64,000 nt of DNA from Candidatus Eiseniibacteriota bacterium. Lineage in GTDB: Bacteria > Eisenbacteria > RBG-16-71-46. The DNA lies in the NCBI GenBank assembly GCA_963717505.1, contig OY970342.1, positions 1,920,001 to 1,984,000 of the forward strand, written 5' to 3'. A model generated the notes under the pieces. That model worked only from the letters and a program-made list of their open reading frames with translations. It ran no database searches and was not told where the DNA came from. Positions 40,918 to 49,846 of this stretch are shown here, in pieces; within the stretch, counting starts at the first letter, position 1, and every line of letters begins with the position of its first letter. The position numbers and the translations under genes were made by a program.

Positions 40918-42855
40918 GTGGCTACCGAGCCCGTTCCGGCCGCCGAAACCCCGAAGTCCCCCGAAGAAATCGAGCGTCACTGGTTCGAGAACGTGTTCGC
41001 CGGTCAGGACGTGCCGCAGCTCACCGCGCGCGCCTTGATCATGGGCATGCTGCTCGGGGCGATCATGTCGCTCTCGAACATCTACATCGGACTCAAGGCG
41101 GGATGGAGTCTGGGGGTGGCGATCACCTCGACCATTCTCGCCTACGCCGTGTTCGCGACCCTGCACCGCCTGCTGCCCCGGCTGTTCCCGCCGTTTTCGA
41201 TCCTCGAGAACAACGCGATGGCGTCGTGCGCCTCGGCCGGCGGCTACATGACCGGCGCCGGGCTGGTCAACGCGATTCCGGCGCTGATGATGCTCCAGCC
41301 CGAGGCGGTGCCCGGGATGTGGGTGCTCTCGGTGTGGATCATCCTGATTTCGTGGCTCGGGGTGTTCCTGGCGGTGCCGGCCAAGCGGCAGATGATCAAT
41401 ATCGAGCAGCTGCGGTTCCCGAGTGGGATCGCCGCCGCCGAGACCCTGCGCAGCCTGCACGGGCACGGTGGCGAGGCGATGCGCAAGGCGCGTTCGCTCG
41501 GTCTGGCGGCACTCGCCGGTGCCGTCATCACCTGGTTCCGCGACGCCAACGCCACGTGGATGAAGTTCACCGATTGGAGTGCGCAGGGGCTCGGCTGGGT
41601 TCGGGTCGCCGATCCGGCGCCGGGTTGGCTGCATTGGCTTCAGTATCCGCGCATCCCGGCGGTCTGGACCCCGGGAACCATCAAGATCGGACAATGGGAC
41701 GTGAAGCAGCTGACCTTCGGCTTCGAAGGCTCGCTGCTGTTCGTCGCCGCCGGCGCGATCATGGGCTTCCGCCAGGCGTGGAGCCTGCTGCTCGGCTCGG
41801 TCATCAACTTCGGCGTGCTGGCCCCGATCTTCCTGGCCAACGGCGACATCGAGCGCACCGGACTCCGCGGGATCACGTCGTGGAGCCTGTGGATCGGCGT
41901 GCCCATGATGGTGACCTCGGGCCTGCTGCTGTTCTTCATGCAGTGGAAGTCGGTGGTGCGCGCGTTCAGCTCGATCACCGCGTTCTTCCAGCGCGGTTCG
42001 CACTCGGCCGACGATCCGATGGAGCGCATCGAAGTGCCCGGCTCGTGGTTCGTGTTCGGCTACGTGGGGCTCGGCATCGCAATTCTGTTCATGGCGGTGA
42101 CCTTCTTCCACATCCAGTGGTGGATGGCGATCGTGGCGCTGCTGATGACCTTCCTGCTGGTGCTGGTCGCGGCGCGCTCCACCGGCGAAACCGACATCAC
42201 ACCGACCGGCCCCCTATCAAAAATCACCCAGCTCGCGTTCGGCGCGCTGGCGCCCGGCAACATCTCGACCAACCTGATGACCGCCAACATCACCGCCGGC
42301 GCGTGCAGCCACGCCGGCGACCTGCTCACGGACCTCAAGAGCGGATACTTGCTCGGCGCCAAGCCACGACAACAGTTCCTGGCGCAGTTCTTCGGCGTGC
42401 TCGCCGGAGGCTTGGTAGTGGTGCCGGTGTTCTTCCTGCTGATTCCCGACGCCGCAAAGCTCGGAACCGACCAGTGGCCGGCGCCCGCGGCTCAGGTGTG
42501 GCGCGGGGTCGCCGAGCTGCTGGCCAAGGGTGTGGCCGCCCTGAAGCCGAGCGCCCGGATCGGACTGGTGATCGGCGCCACCCTCGGCATCATTCTCCCG
42601 CTGCTCGAGATGCGCTTTCCCAAGCAGAAGAAGTTCATCCCTTCGCCGGTCGGTCTCGGCCTGGCGTTCACCATCAGCGCGTTCTTCTCGATCTCCATGT
42701 TCATCGGCGCCTGCCTGACCTTGTTCCTCGAGCGCGTCAAGCCGAAGATGGCCGGTGACTACATCGTGCCGGTGTCTTCGGGCATCATTGCCGGCGAGAG
42801 CCTGATGGGGGTCGCGATCGCTCTGCTGGCGGTCGCCGGAGTCCTGACTCCCTAG
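40918..42855 (+). CDS. OPT (YSL-like) oligopeptide transporter
   Basis: QLTARA, YIGLKAG, LENN, LRFPSGIAAAE, GETD, DLKSGYLLGA, SGIIAGESL; AGGAG RBS. Confidence 0.93.
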   Translation: MATEPVPAAETPKSPEEIERHWFENVFAGQDVPQLTARALIMGMLLGAIMSLSNIYIGLKAGWSLGVAITSTILAYAVFATLHRLLPRLFPPFSILENNAMASCASAGGYMTGAGLVNAIPALMMLQPEAVPGMWVLSVWIILISWLGVFLAVPAKRQMINIEQLRFPSGIAAAETLRSLHGHGGEAMRKARSLGLAALAGAVITWFRDANATWMKFTDWSAQGLGWVRVADPAPGWLHWLQYPRIPAVWTPGTIKIGQWDVKQLTFGFEGSLLFVAAGAIMGFRQAWSLLLGSVINFGVLAPIFLANGDIERTGLRGITSWSLWIGVPMMVTSGLLLFFMQWKSVVRAFSSITAFFQRGSHSADDPMERIEVPGSWFVFGYVGLGIAILFMAVTFFHIQWWMAIVALLMTFLLVLVAARSTGETDITPTGPLSKITQLAFGALAPGNISTNLMTANITAGACSHAGDLLTDLKSGYLLGAKPRQQFLAQFFGVLAGGLVVVPVFFLLIPDAAKLGTDQWPAPAAQVWRGVAELLAKGVAALKPSARIGLVIGATLGIILPLLEMRFPKQKKFIPSPVGLGLAFTISAFFSISMFIGACLTLFLERVKPKMAGDYIVPVSSGIIAGESLMGVAIALLAVAGVLTP

Positions 42856-42990
42856 AATGACGATCGACGGCGGATCGGCAGCGCCGCGCCCTGGGGCGAG
42901 GCCTGCCCGATCGGGCGCAAAGTCCGAGGCACATTCGGCCGAAAACCAGGGGGAATCCCGTTGGTCCATGTCGCCCCGGAGGGGAACCCC

Positions 42991-44172
42991 GTGAAGTTCT
43001 GGATGATCGTTCTGGCTTTGGCGCTGCCCACGGCCGCCGCAAACGCGGCGACCGCAAAGCTGCCGGGGCTGCCGCCCGACGAACTCGCCCTGTACGAGCG
43101 GCTGTGCTTCCAGGTGGAGGACAGCTACGACAGCACGCGCGGCGGCTTCGTCGACAAGCACGGCATTCCCTACGAGAGCGCGACTGACCTGGCGTTCCTG
43201 CTCGGCAGCCGCAAGGGCGGTGCGAACTGGTCGTCGCGGGCGATCTCGACCGTGAACGTCATGCTCACGTTCGAGGACACCCTGCGTGGCGGGTTCCATG
43301 GCGCGGTGGAAAACGGGCTCGGCGATTCCGAGCTGAATCGTCCGACCGCTCTCAATGCGCGTCGGCTGGCGTCGTTGATTCGCGCCTGGGCGGTGACCGG
43401 CGAAACTCGCTACTGGGTGTCGGCGGTGCGTCTGCTCGAGTTCGCCGAGCGCAACGTAGTCGACGGGCGCGGCGGGTTCGTTCCCGATCCGGTCGGGGAC
43501 ATGCAGCTGATCCCGGAAGTGAACGGGGTCGCGATTCGCTCCTGGCTCCTGTGGTGGGCGGTGGGCCGCGATGCGCGCCACAAGACGTTCGCCCACAAGA
43601 GCCTGGATCGAGTGTGGGAAGTGTGCTGGATGGACAGCGTGGGGTTCGTCCGCCACGACGCCTTCAACGAGCCACTCGAGTGGCCGTTGCTCCTCGATCA
43701 GGCCGAGATGGGGCGGGCCCTGTTGATGAGCGCCCACCTGACCGGCCGCGACGAAGACCTGGAGCGCGCGAAGACGGTCGCGGACTTGATGCTGCGCCAG
43801 TTCGAAGACCCCAAGCGCGGCGGATTCGCGTCGAAAGTGACCTCGAAGAAGGGTCAGATCTCGGCCTCGGGACGCGAGTCCGCGGAGAACGCCCGTGCCT
43901 GCCTGTTCCTGTGCGAGATCGCGCACGTCACCGGCGACGTCCGCTACCTGGACGCCGCACGCCGCGCCTGGGTTTCGTTCGAGAAGACGCTACGCAAGCC
44001 CCGGCAGGAAGCCGCCGACTGGGCTCTGGCGATGGATGCCGCGATGGGCCCCGATCTCCCGACTCCGCCCCCCGAGCCCGTGCGCTCCGAAGATCCGCGC
44101 AAGAAGCCGACCGATCGACGCAATCGCTCGAAGTCGCCGGCGGCGAAGATGGGGGCGAGCGGCACGCCGTAA
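42991..44172 (+). CDS. Secreted alpha/alpha-barrel (AGE / six-hairpin glycosidase-like) protein
   Basis: Signal peptide; recurrent DxxxGGF loops; LLDQA, ENARA; helical repeats TGExxY/TGDxxY; GGAGG RBS. Confidence 0.65.
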   Translation: MKFWMIVLALALPTAAANAATAKLPGLPPDELALYERLCFQVEDSYDSTRGGFVDKHGIPYESATDLAFLLGSRKGGANWSSRAISTVNVMLTFEDTLRGGFHGAVENGLGDSELNRPTALNARRLASLIRAWAVTGETRYWVSAVRLLEFAERNVVDGRGGFVPDPVGDMQLIPEVNGVAIRSWLLWWAVGRDARHKTFAHKSLDRVWEVCWMDSVGFVRHDAFNEPLEWPLLLDQAEMGRALLMSAHLTGRDEDLERAKTVADLMLRQFEDPKRGGFASKVTSKKGQISASGRESAENARACLFLCEIAHVTGDVRYLDAARRAWVSFEKTLRKPRQEAADWALAMDAAMGPDLPTPPPEPVRSEDPRKKPTDRRNRSKSPAAKMGASGTP

Positions 44173-44252
44173 GCCACAGGAGTACGGGCTCGCCGACTCG
44201 CACGCCCCTCCGCCCATCCCGAGAGAAACCTGGGTCGCCCGTACGCCTCGCG

Positions 44253-44282
44253 TTGACCGGACGCAACCCTACCCCGTACGGT
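44253..44282 (+). promoter_or_regulatory. Putative sigma70 promoter for the sugar-nucleotide operon
   Basis: TTGACC-18 nt-TACGGT. Confidence 0.4.
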
Positions 44283-44325
44283 GGAGCGCCTTTTTCCCGA
44301 CCGCCACCCGGAATCCGAGGACTCC

Positions 44326-45279
44326 ATGCGTCGAGTGTTGGTGACGGGGGTGACCGGTTTCGCCGGCAGCCACCTGGTCGACTATCTGCTGACTCGCAAC
44401 GACGTCGAGATCTACGGCCTGCTGCGCTGGCGCAGCCGCACCGAGAACATCGAGCACGTGATGGACAAGATCACGCTGCTCGAGTGCGACCTGCGTGACG
44501 CCTCCTCGACCCGCGACACGCTCGAGAAGGTGAACCCGGACTTCATCTTCCACCTGGCCGCGCAGTCGTTCGTGCCGACCTCGTGGCGGGCGCCGACCGA
44601 GTCGCTGACCACCAACGTGCTCGGGCAGCTCAACATCTTCGAGGCCGTGCGCCGGCTCAAAATCAAGCCCCGGATCCAGATCGCCTGCTCGAGCGAGGAA
44701 TACGGGATGGTGTTTCCGGACGAGATCCCGATCAAGGAAACGAATCCGCTGCGGCCGCTGTCGCCCTATGCGGTCAGCAAGGTCGCGCAGGACCTGCTCG
44801 CCTACCAGTACTGGATGTCCTGGCAGGTCGACTCGGTGCGCACGCGCGGCTTCAACCACGAAGGGCCGCGTCGCGGCCCGGTGTTCGTGGCCTCGGATTT
44901 CGCCAAGCAGATCGCCGACATCGAGAAGGGCCGCAAACCGCCTGTGCTCTACGTCGGCAACCTCGAAGCCCAGCGTGACTTCACCGACGTGCGCGACATC
45001 GTCCGCGCTTACTGGCTGGCGCTCGAGAAGTGCGAGGCGGGCGAGGTCTACAACATTTGCAGCGGCCGGGCTTGGGTCATTCGCGACGTGCTCGACCACC
45101 TGCTCGGCTTGTCGAAGGTCAAGATCGAGGTCCGTCAGGACCCGACCCGGATGCGGCCGAGCGACGTGCCGATCCTGCTCGGCGACCACTCCAAGTTCAC
45201 GAAAGTGACCGGCTGGGAGCCGAGAACCCCGTTCGAGCAGACGCTGAGCGACATGCTCGATTACTGGCGCGCGCGCTAG
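44326..45279 (+). CDS. GDP-mannose 4,6-dehydratase family SDR
   Basis: TGVTGFAG, HLAAQSFV, SSEEYG, PYAVSK, FNHEGPRRG, GNLEAQRDF; GAGG RBS. Confidence 0.85.
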   Translation: MRRVLVTGVTGFAGSHLVDYLLTRNDVEIYGLLRWRSRTENIEHVMDKITLLECDLRDASSTRDTLEKVNPDFIFHLAAQSFVPTSWRAPTESLTTNVLGQLNIFEAVRRLKIKPRIQIACSSEEYGMVFPDEIPIKETNPLRPLSPYAVSKVAQDLLAYQYWMSWQVDSVRTRGFNHEGPRRGPVFVASDFAKQIADIEKGRKPPVLYVGNLEAQRDFTDVRDIVRAYWLALEKCEAGEVYNICSGRAWVIRDVLDHLLGLSKVKIEVRQDPTRMRPSDVPILLGDHSKFTKVTGWEPRTPFEQTLSDMLDYWRAR

Positions 45280-45292
45280 TCGCGCCCTTGCC

Positions 45293-46255
45293 ATGGACCT
45301 GCGCAACGCCAGCCTGCTCGTCACGGGCGCCAGCGGTTTCGTCGGACCGTGGGTGGTGCGCGCCCTGGCCGAACGGGGTGCGCACGTCCAGGCGACCGCC
45401 GGACCCGCCGCACCGCCCTCGGCCGCGGATCTCCCGGTCGAAGTCTGGCACGCGATGGACCTGCGCGACCCGGCCGATGTCGAGCGCGTCGTCGCCGCCG
45501 CCAAGCCCGACGCCGTGCTCCATCTCGCCGGACAAAGCAGCACGGCACGATCGTTCGCCGAGCCGGCCGAGACCTTCCACATCAATGCGCTCGGCACCTG
45601 GCGGTTGCTCGACGCGGTGCGCGTGCGAGCGCCGCGCGCCCGCGTGCTGGTGGTGACCAGCGGCGATCTCTATGGGCCGCAACCGGAAGGCACGCGAGTC
45701 GCCGAGAACGCGATCCCTCGGCCGGTGAGCCCCTATGGACTATCGAAAGCCGCCGCCGACGCGTTCGCCGAGGTGGCGGCAACCACGCATCGGCTCGACG
45801 TGCTGCGCGCGCGATCCTTCGGTCACACCGGTCCCGGTCAGGAACCGACTTTCGCGATTCCGGCGTTCGCGCGTCAGCTCGCCGAGATCGAAGTGGGTAC
45901 GGCCGAGCCGGTACTTCGAGTCGGGAATCTGGAAGTCGTCCGCGATCTGACCGACGTGCGCGACGTGGCGCTCGCCTACGTGGCGTTGCTCGAACGCGGC
46001 CGCTCGGGTGCGGCGTACAACGTGTGCCGCGGCGAAGGCGTGCGGCTGACCGACGTCGTCCAGGCGCTGTGCGGAATGATTCGGAAGCCGGTGACGATCG
46101 AGCCGGATCCCGCGCGCATGCGCCCGGCCGACGTGCCCTACCTGGTCGGCGACCCCTCGGCGATCGCCCGCGACACCGGCTGGCGCGCCGAGACGCCGCT
46201 CGCCGACACCCTGCGCGCCGTGGTGGACGAATGGCGCGCGCGAGTCGCGTCGTGA
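45293..46255 (+). CDS. GDP-4-keto-6-deoxy-mannose reductase (Rmd)-like SDR
   Basis: TGASGFVG, HLAGQS, YGLSK, HTGPGQ, GNLEVVRD; TSGDLYG where the upstream paralogue has SSEEYG. Confidence 0.75.
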   Translation: MDLRNASLLVTGASGFVGPWVVRALAERGAHVQATAGPAAPPSAADLPVEVWHAMDLRDPADVERVVAAAKPDAVLHLAGQSSTARSFAEPAETFHINALGTWRLLDAVRVRAPRARVLVVTSGDLYGPQPEGTRVAENAIPRPVSPYGLSKAAADAFAEVAATTHRLDVLRARSFGHTGPGQEPTFAIPAFARQLAEIEVGTAEPVLRVGNLEVVRDLTDVRDVALAYVALLERGRSGAAYNVCRGEGVRLTDVVQALCGMIRKPVTIEPDPARMRPADVPYLVGDPSAIARDTGWRAETPLADTLRAVVDEWRARVAS

Positions 46256-47088
46256 GCGACAAGGCTCCCGCCATGGTCAACGCGCTGACCATCGACTTCG
46301 AGGACTGGTACCACGGTCTCGAGATCCCGATGGACCGCTGGACCGGCTACGAGGACCGGATGGAACTGGCCGCCCGCCGCACGCTCGACGCGTTCGCCGC
46401 CGCGGGGGCCAAGGCGACGTTCTTCGTGCTCGGCGCCGTCGCGGAGAAGCACCCGCATCTAGTCCGAGAAATCGCGGCGGCCGGCCACGAAGTCGGCACG
46501 CACGGGTATTCCCATACGCTGATCTACACGCAAACCCCCGAGGTGTTCCGAGCCGAGCTGGAGCGCTCGATCCGAATCCTCGAGGATCTGTCTGGGCAGC
46601 GCATCCTGGGGCACCGAGCACCGTTCTTCTCGATCACCAAGAAGTCGCTGTGGGCGCTCGACATCCTGGGCGAGCTGGGCATTCGCTACGACTCGAGCAT
46701 CTATCCGGTCTACAACTACCGCTACGGCATCGAGGATTCACCGCGCCTGCCCTACGACATCCAGCGCGGGCCGGTGACCGTGCGCGAGTTCCCGATCTCG
46801 ACCTGGCGCGTGTTCGGCAAGAACCTGCCGATCGCGGGTGGCGCCTACTTCCGCATCTATCCTTATGCATTGACACGAGCCGGATTCCGCGCCATCAATC
46901 GTGCCGGGAACCCAGCGGTTTTCTACCTTCACCCCTGGGAGCTGGATCCCGATCACCCCCGTATCGACTTGCCGCGCCGGATCGCGGCGACCCATTACGT
47001 GAACCTGGGTGCGACCGCGGGCAGGCTGCGCCGCCTGCTGGCCGAGTTCCGTTTCGCCCCCATGAAGGAGGTTTTGCATGTCGGTTGA
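46252..47088 (+). CDS. Polysaccharide deacetylase (DUF3473 / exosortase-locus type)
   Basis: NALTIDFEDWY, ATFFVLG, HEVGTHGYSH, RAPFFSI, YDSS, GGAYFR, YLHPWELDP. Confidence 0.9.
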   Translation: MSDKAPAMVNALTIDFEDWYHGLEIPMDRWTGYEDRMELAARRTLDAFAAAGAKATFFVLGAVAEKHPHLVREIAAAGHEVGTHGYSHTLIYTQTPEVFRAELERSIRILEDLSGQRILGHRAPFFSITKKSLWALDILGELGIRYDSSIYPVYNYRYGIEDSPRLPYDIQRGPVTVREFPISTWRVFGKNLPIAGGAYFRIYPYALTRAGFRAINRAGNPAVFYLHPWELDPDHPRIDLPRRIAATHYVNLGATAGRLRRLLAEFRFAPMKEVLHVG

Positions 47089-47725
47089 AGACAAGGTGCG
47101 CGACTACTTCCACGCGGACGCCGCCCGCTTCGACTCGATCTACGAGGAACGCAAGGGTCCGGTCACCCGCTTCATCGACCACGTGTGGCGCGGAGTGGTC
47201 CGGCGGCGGCTCGATCTGGCATTGGACAAGCTCGCTCCGTTCGAGGGGCGGACCTACCTCGACGTCGGCACCGGGTCGGGGCGCTTCTGTCATGCCTACG
47301 CGCTGCGCGGCGCGCGCAAGGCGGTCGGCGTCGACTTCGCACCGGCGATGATCGAGATCGCCAAGAAGCTGGCCGCCGACTTGAAGGTCGCCGACCGTTG
47401 CGAGTTCCGGGTCGGCGGTTTCCCGGAGGCAGTCACCGACGGGCCGTTCGACGGCAGCTCGGCAATGGGTTTCTTCGATTACATCGACCAGCCGCTGCCG
47501 ATTCTCACCCGGATGTGGGAGCTGACTAGTTCGACCCTGATCGCCAGCTTCCCCAAGGCGCACGAATGGCGGGTCCCCCTGCGCCGGGCGCGGTTCTGGA
47601 TGAACCGCTGCCCCCTGTTCCTGTACACCGAGCCTCAAACTCGGGGTTTGCTCGCCCAGGCGGGAATCAAGAATTACGAGTGGATCGATTTCGGGCGCGA
47701 CTACGTGGTGGTCGGGCGGCGCTGA
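47078..47725 (+). CDS. Class I SAM-dependent methyltransferase
   Basis: LDVGTGSG, GVDFAPAM; AGGAGG RBS. Confidence 0.88.
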   Translation: MSVEDKVRDYFHADAARFDSIYEERKGPVTRFIDHVWRGVVRRRLDLALDKLAPFEGRTYLDVGTGSGRFCHAYALRGARKAVGVDFAPAMIEIAKKLAADLKVADRCEFRVGGFPEAVTDGPFDGSSAMGFFDYIDQPLPILTRMWELTSSTLIASFPKAHEWRVPLRRARFWMNRCPLFLYTEPQTRGLLAQAGIKNYEWIDFGRDYVVVGRR

Positions 47726-47856
47726 CCGGTCCTCGGGCGGGGCCACGGACCCCTCGCGGGCCTTTGCGAAACGCCGGCCGGCGGGAGTGAAAGCGTGCTG
47801 CGGTCGGGCGTCCTGCCTGCCGATGTAAATGGGTGGCTGGGTAGGGGGTTCCGGCA

Positions 47857-47886
47857 TTGACCGGGGCTCGGCGGAACCTCTATCCT
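47857..47886 (+). promoter_or_regulatory. Putative sigma70 promoter for the ugd operon
   Basis: TTGACC-18 nt-TATCCT; an imperfect inverted repeat GGGGTTCCG/CGGAACCTC flanks the -35. Confidence 0.5.
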
Positions 47887-47963
47887 CACCCGCTCACTTT
47901 CCGCCAACGGGATCCAAGACCGCGGCGGCCCACCATCCCGCCCGCGATTGAAAGGGCAGCCCT

Positions 47964-49394
47964 CTGTACTCCATCACCGTCGTGGGGACCGGCTACGTCG
48001 GTCTCGTGACCGGCGCGTGCCTGGCCGATTTCGGCCACCGCGTGACTTGCGTGGACGCCGATGCCGGAAAGATCGAGCGTCTCAAGAAGCTGGAATTGCC
48101 GTTTTTCGAGCCCGGACTGCCGGGACTCGTGGAGCGCAACGTGGCCGAAGGCCGCCTGCGCTTCGACCACGACCTGAAGCGCGCCCTCAAGGGCACCCGG
48201 GTCGTGTTCATCACCGTCGGCACCCCCCCGCGGGCCGACGGCTCCGCCGACACCAGCGCCATCTACCAAGTGGCGCGCGTGGTGGCCGAGAACCTCGACG
48301 GCTACCGGGTCGTCGTCCAGAAGAGCACGGCCCCGGTCGGCACCGCCCGCGACCTGCAGCACTTCATGCGCAAGTTCGCGCCGCGCGGCGCCGAGTTCGA
48401 CGTCGCCTCCAATCCGGAGTTCCTGCGCGAGGGTTCGGCGATCGAGACCTTCATGCGGCCCGACCGGGTGGTGATCGGCGCCGAGACCAAGCGCGCCGCG
48501 ACCGTGCTGCGCAAGATCCATCAGCCGTTGTTCCTGCTCGAGACTCCGATGGTGGTCACCAATCTGGAAACCGCCGAGCTGATCAAGTATGCGTCGAACT
48601 GCTTCCTGGCCACCAAGATCTCGTTCATCAACGAGATCGCCAATCTGTGCGAGGCGCTGGGAGCCGACGTCAAGCAAGTGGCGAAGGGGATCGGCATGGA
48701 CCGGCGGATCGGCTCCAAGTTCCTGCACGCCGGGCCCGGCTACGGCGGCTCGTGCTTCCCCAAGGACACGCATGCGCTGTCGGCGTTCGCGCGCACGGCC
48801 AAGGTCAAGTCGGGCATCGTGGATGCGGTGATCCAGGCCAACGACCGCCAGATCGAGCTGATGGTCGCGAAGATCGTCCAGTCGATCGGCGCTCCGCGCG
48901 GGAAGACGGTCGGCATCCTCGGCTTGTCGTTCAAGCCCAACACCGACGACCTGCGGGCCGCACCGGCGCTTGCGATCATCGATGCGCTCAGGCGACGCGG
49001 GGTCAAGATCCGCGCCTTCGATCCGGTCGCCATGCCGAGCGCCAAGAAGTCGGTGCGCGGGGTGGAGTTCACCTCCGACGCGTACGAGTGCGCGCGCGGC
49101 GCGCACGCGCTCGCCATCGTCACCGAGTGGAACGAGTTCCGAAACCTGAATTTCTCCCGACTCAAGCGGCTCATGCGCCGGCCGGTGCTGTGCGACCTGC
49201 GCAACATCTACGAGCCCGCGGAGGTCGAGAGCGCGGGTTGGACGCACGTCGGGGTCGGACGCGGGCGAGTCCGCGTTTCAGCCGCCAACGGCGCCGCCCG
49301 CACCCGTCGTGCCCGCGCGGCGTCCTCCGCCAGTCGCGGACGCACCGCGGCTCGGACCCGGCCGGGAGTCGCCGCCCGCGGGGCCCGCACTTGA
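47964..49394 (+). CDS. ugd: UDP-glucose 6-dehydrogenase
   Basis: GTGYVGL, FEPGL, VGTP, KST, SNPEFLREG, GYGGSCFPKD, FKPNTDD; probable CTG start at 47964. Confidence 0.93.
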   Translation: MYSITVVGTGYVGLVTGACLADFGHRVTCVDADAGKIERLKKLELPFFEPGLPGLVERNVAEGRLRFDHDLKRALKGTRVVFITVGTPPRADGSADTSAIYQVARVVAENLDGYRVVVQKSTAPVGTARDLQHFMRKFAPRGAEFDVASNPEFLREGSAIETFMRPDRVVIGAETKRAATVLRKIHQPLFLLETPMVVTNLETAELIKYASNCFLATKISFINEIANLCEALGADVKQVAKGIGMDRRIGSKFLHAGPGYGGSCFPKDTHALSAFARTAKVKSGIVDAVIQANDRQIELMVAKIVQSIGAPRGKTVGILGLSFKPNTDDLRAAPALAIIDALRRRGVKIRAFDPVAMPSAKKSVRGVEFTSDAYECARGAHALAIVTEWNEFRNLNFSRLKRLMRRPVLCDLRNIYEPAEVESAGWTHVGVGRGRVRVSAANGAARTRRARAASSASRGRTAARTRPGVAARGART

Positions 49395-49846
49395 TCGAGG
49401 GCGTTCGCACCAAACGACTCAAAGTCATCCCCGATGAACGAGGCTGGCTCATGGAGATGTTGCGCGACGACGACGAGTTCTTCCAGAAGTTCGGCCAGGT
49501 CTACCTGTCGGTCGTCTACCCGAACGTGGTCAAGGGCTGGCACTACCACCGCCGCCAGACCGACCACTTCGTGTTCGTCAAGGGCATGGCCAAGGTCGTG
49601 CTCTACGACCATCGCGAAGGCAGCTCGACCCGCGGCGAGATCAACGAGTTCTTCATGGGCGATCGCAATCCCATGCTGCTGGTGATCCCGCCCCTGGTCC
49701 TGCACGGCATGAAGGGGATCGGTACGGAGCCCGCCTACCTGGTGAACACGCCGACCGAGCACTACGTCTACGACGAACCCGACGAGTTCCGCGTCCCGGC
49801 GCACGACCCGAGCATTCCCTACGATTGGAGCCGGAAGGATGGCTGA
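49391..49846 (+). CDS. dTDP-4-dehydrorhamnose 3,5-epimerase family cupin
   Basis: TTG start overlaps the ugd stop; DERG, FGQVY, KGWHYH, IPPLVLHG. Confidence 0.88.
   Translation: MIEGVRTKRLKVIPDERGWLMEMLRDDDEFFQKFGQVYLSVVYPNVVKGWHYHRRQTDHFVFVKGMAKVVLYDHREGSSTRGEINEFFMGDRNPMLLVIPPLVLHGMKGIGTEPAYLVNTPTEHYVYDEPDEFRVPAHDPSIPYDWSRKDG

Noticed and set aside
42941-42970. Possible ECF promoter (AAC...GTC) upstream of the alpha/alpha-barrel gene
   Set aside because: The motif is too short, and I found no matching copy upstream of the sigma gene to support it.
47948-49846. 632-aa ORF that looks like a long fusion ending in an epimerase
   Set aside because: The first ~480 codons are an Arg/Pro-rich alternative frame over ugd; the real gene starts at TTG 49391.
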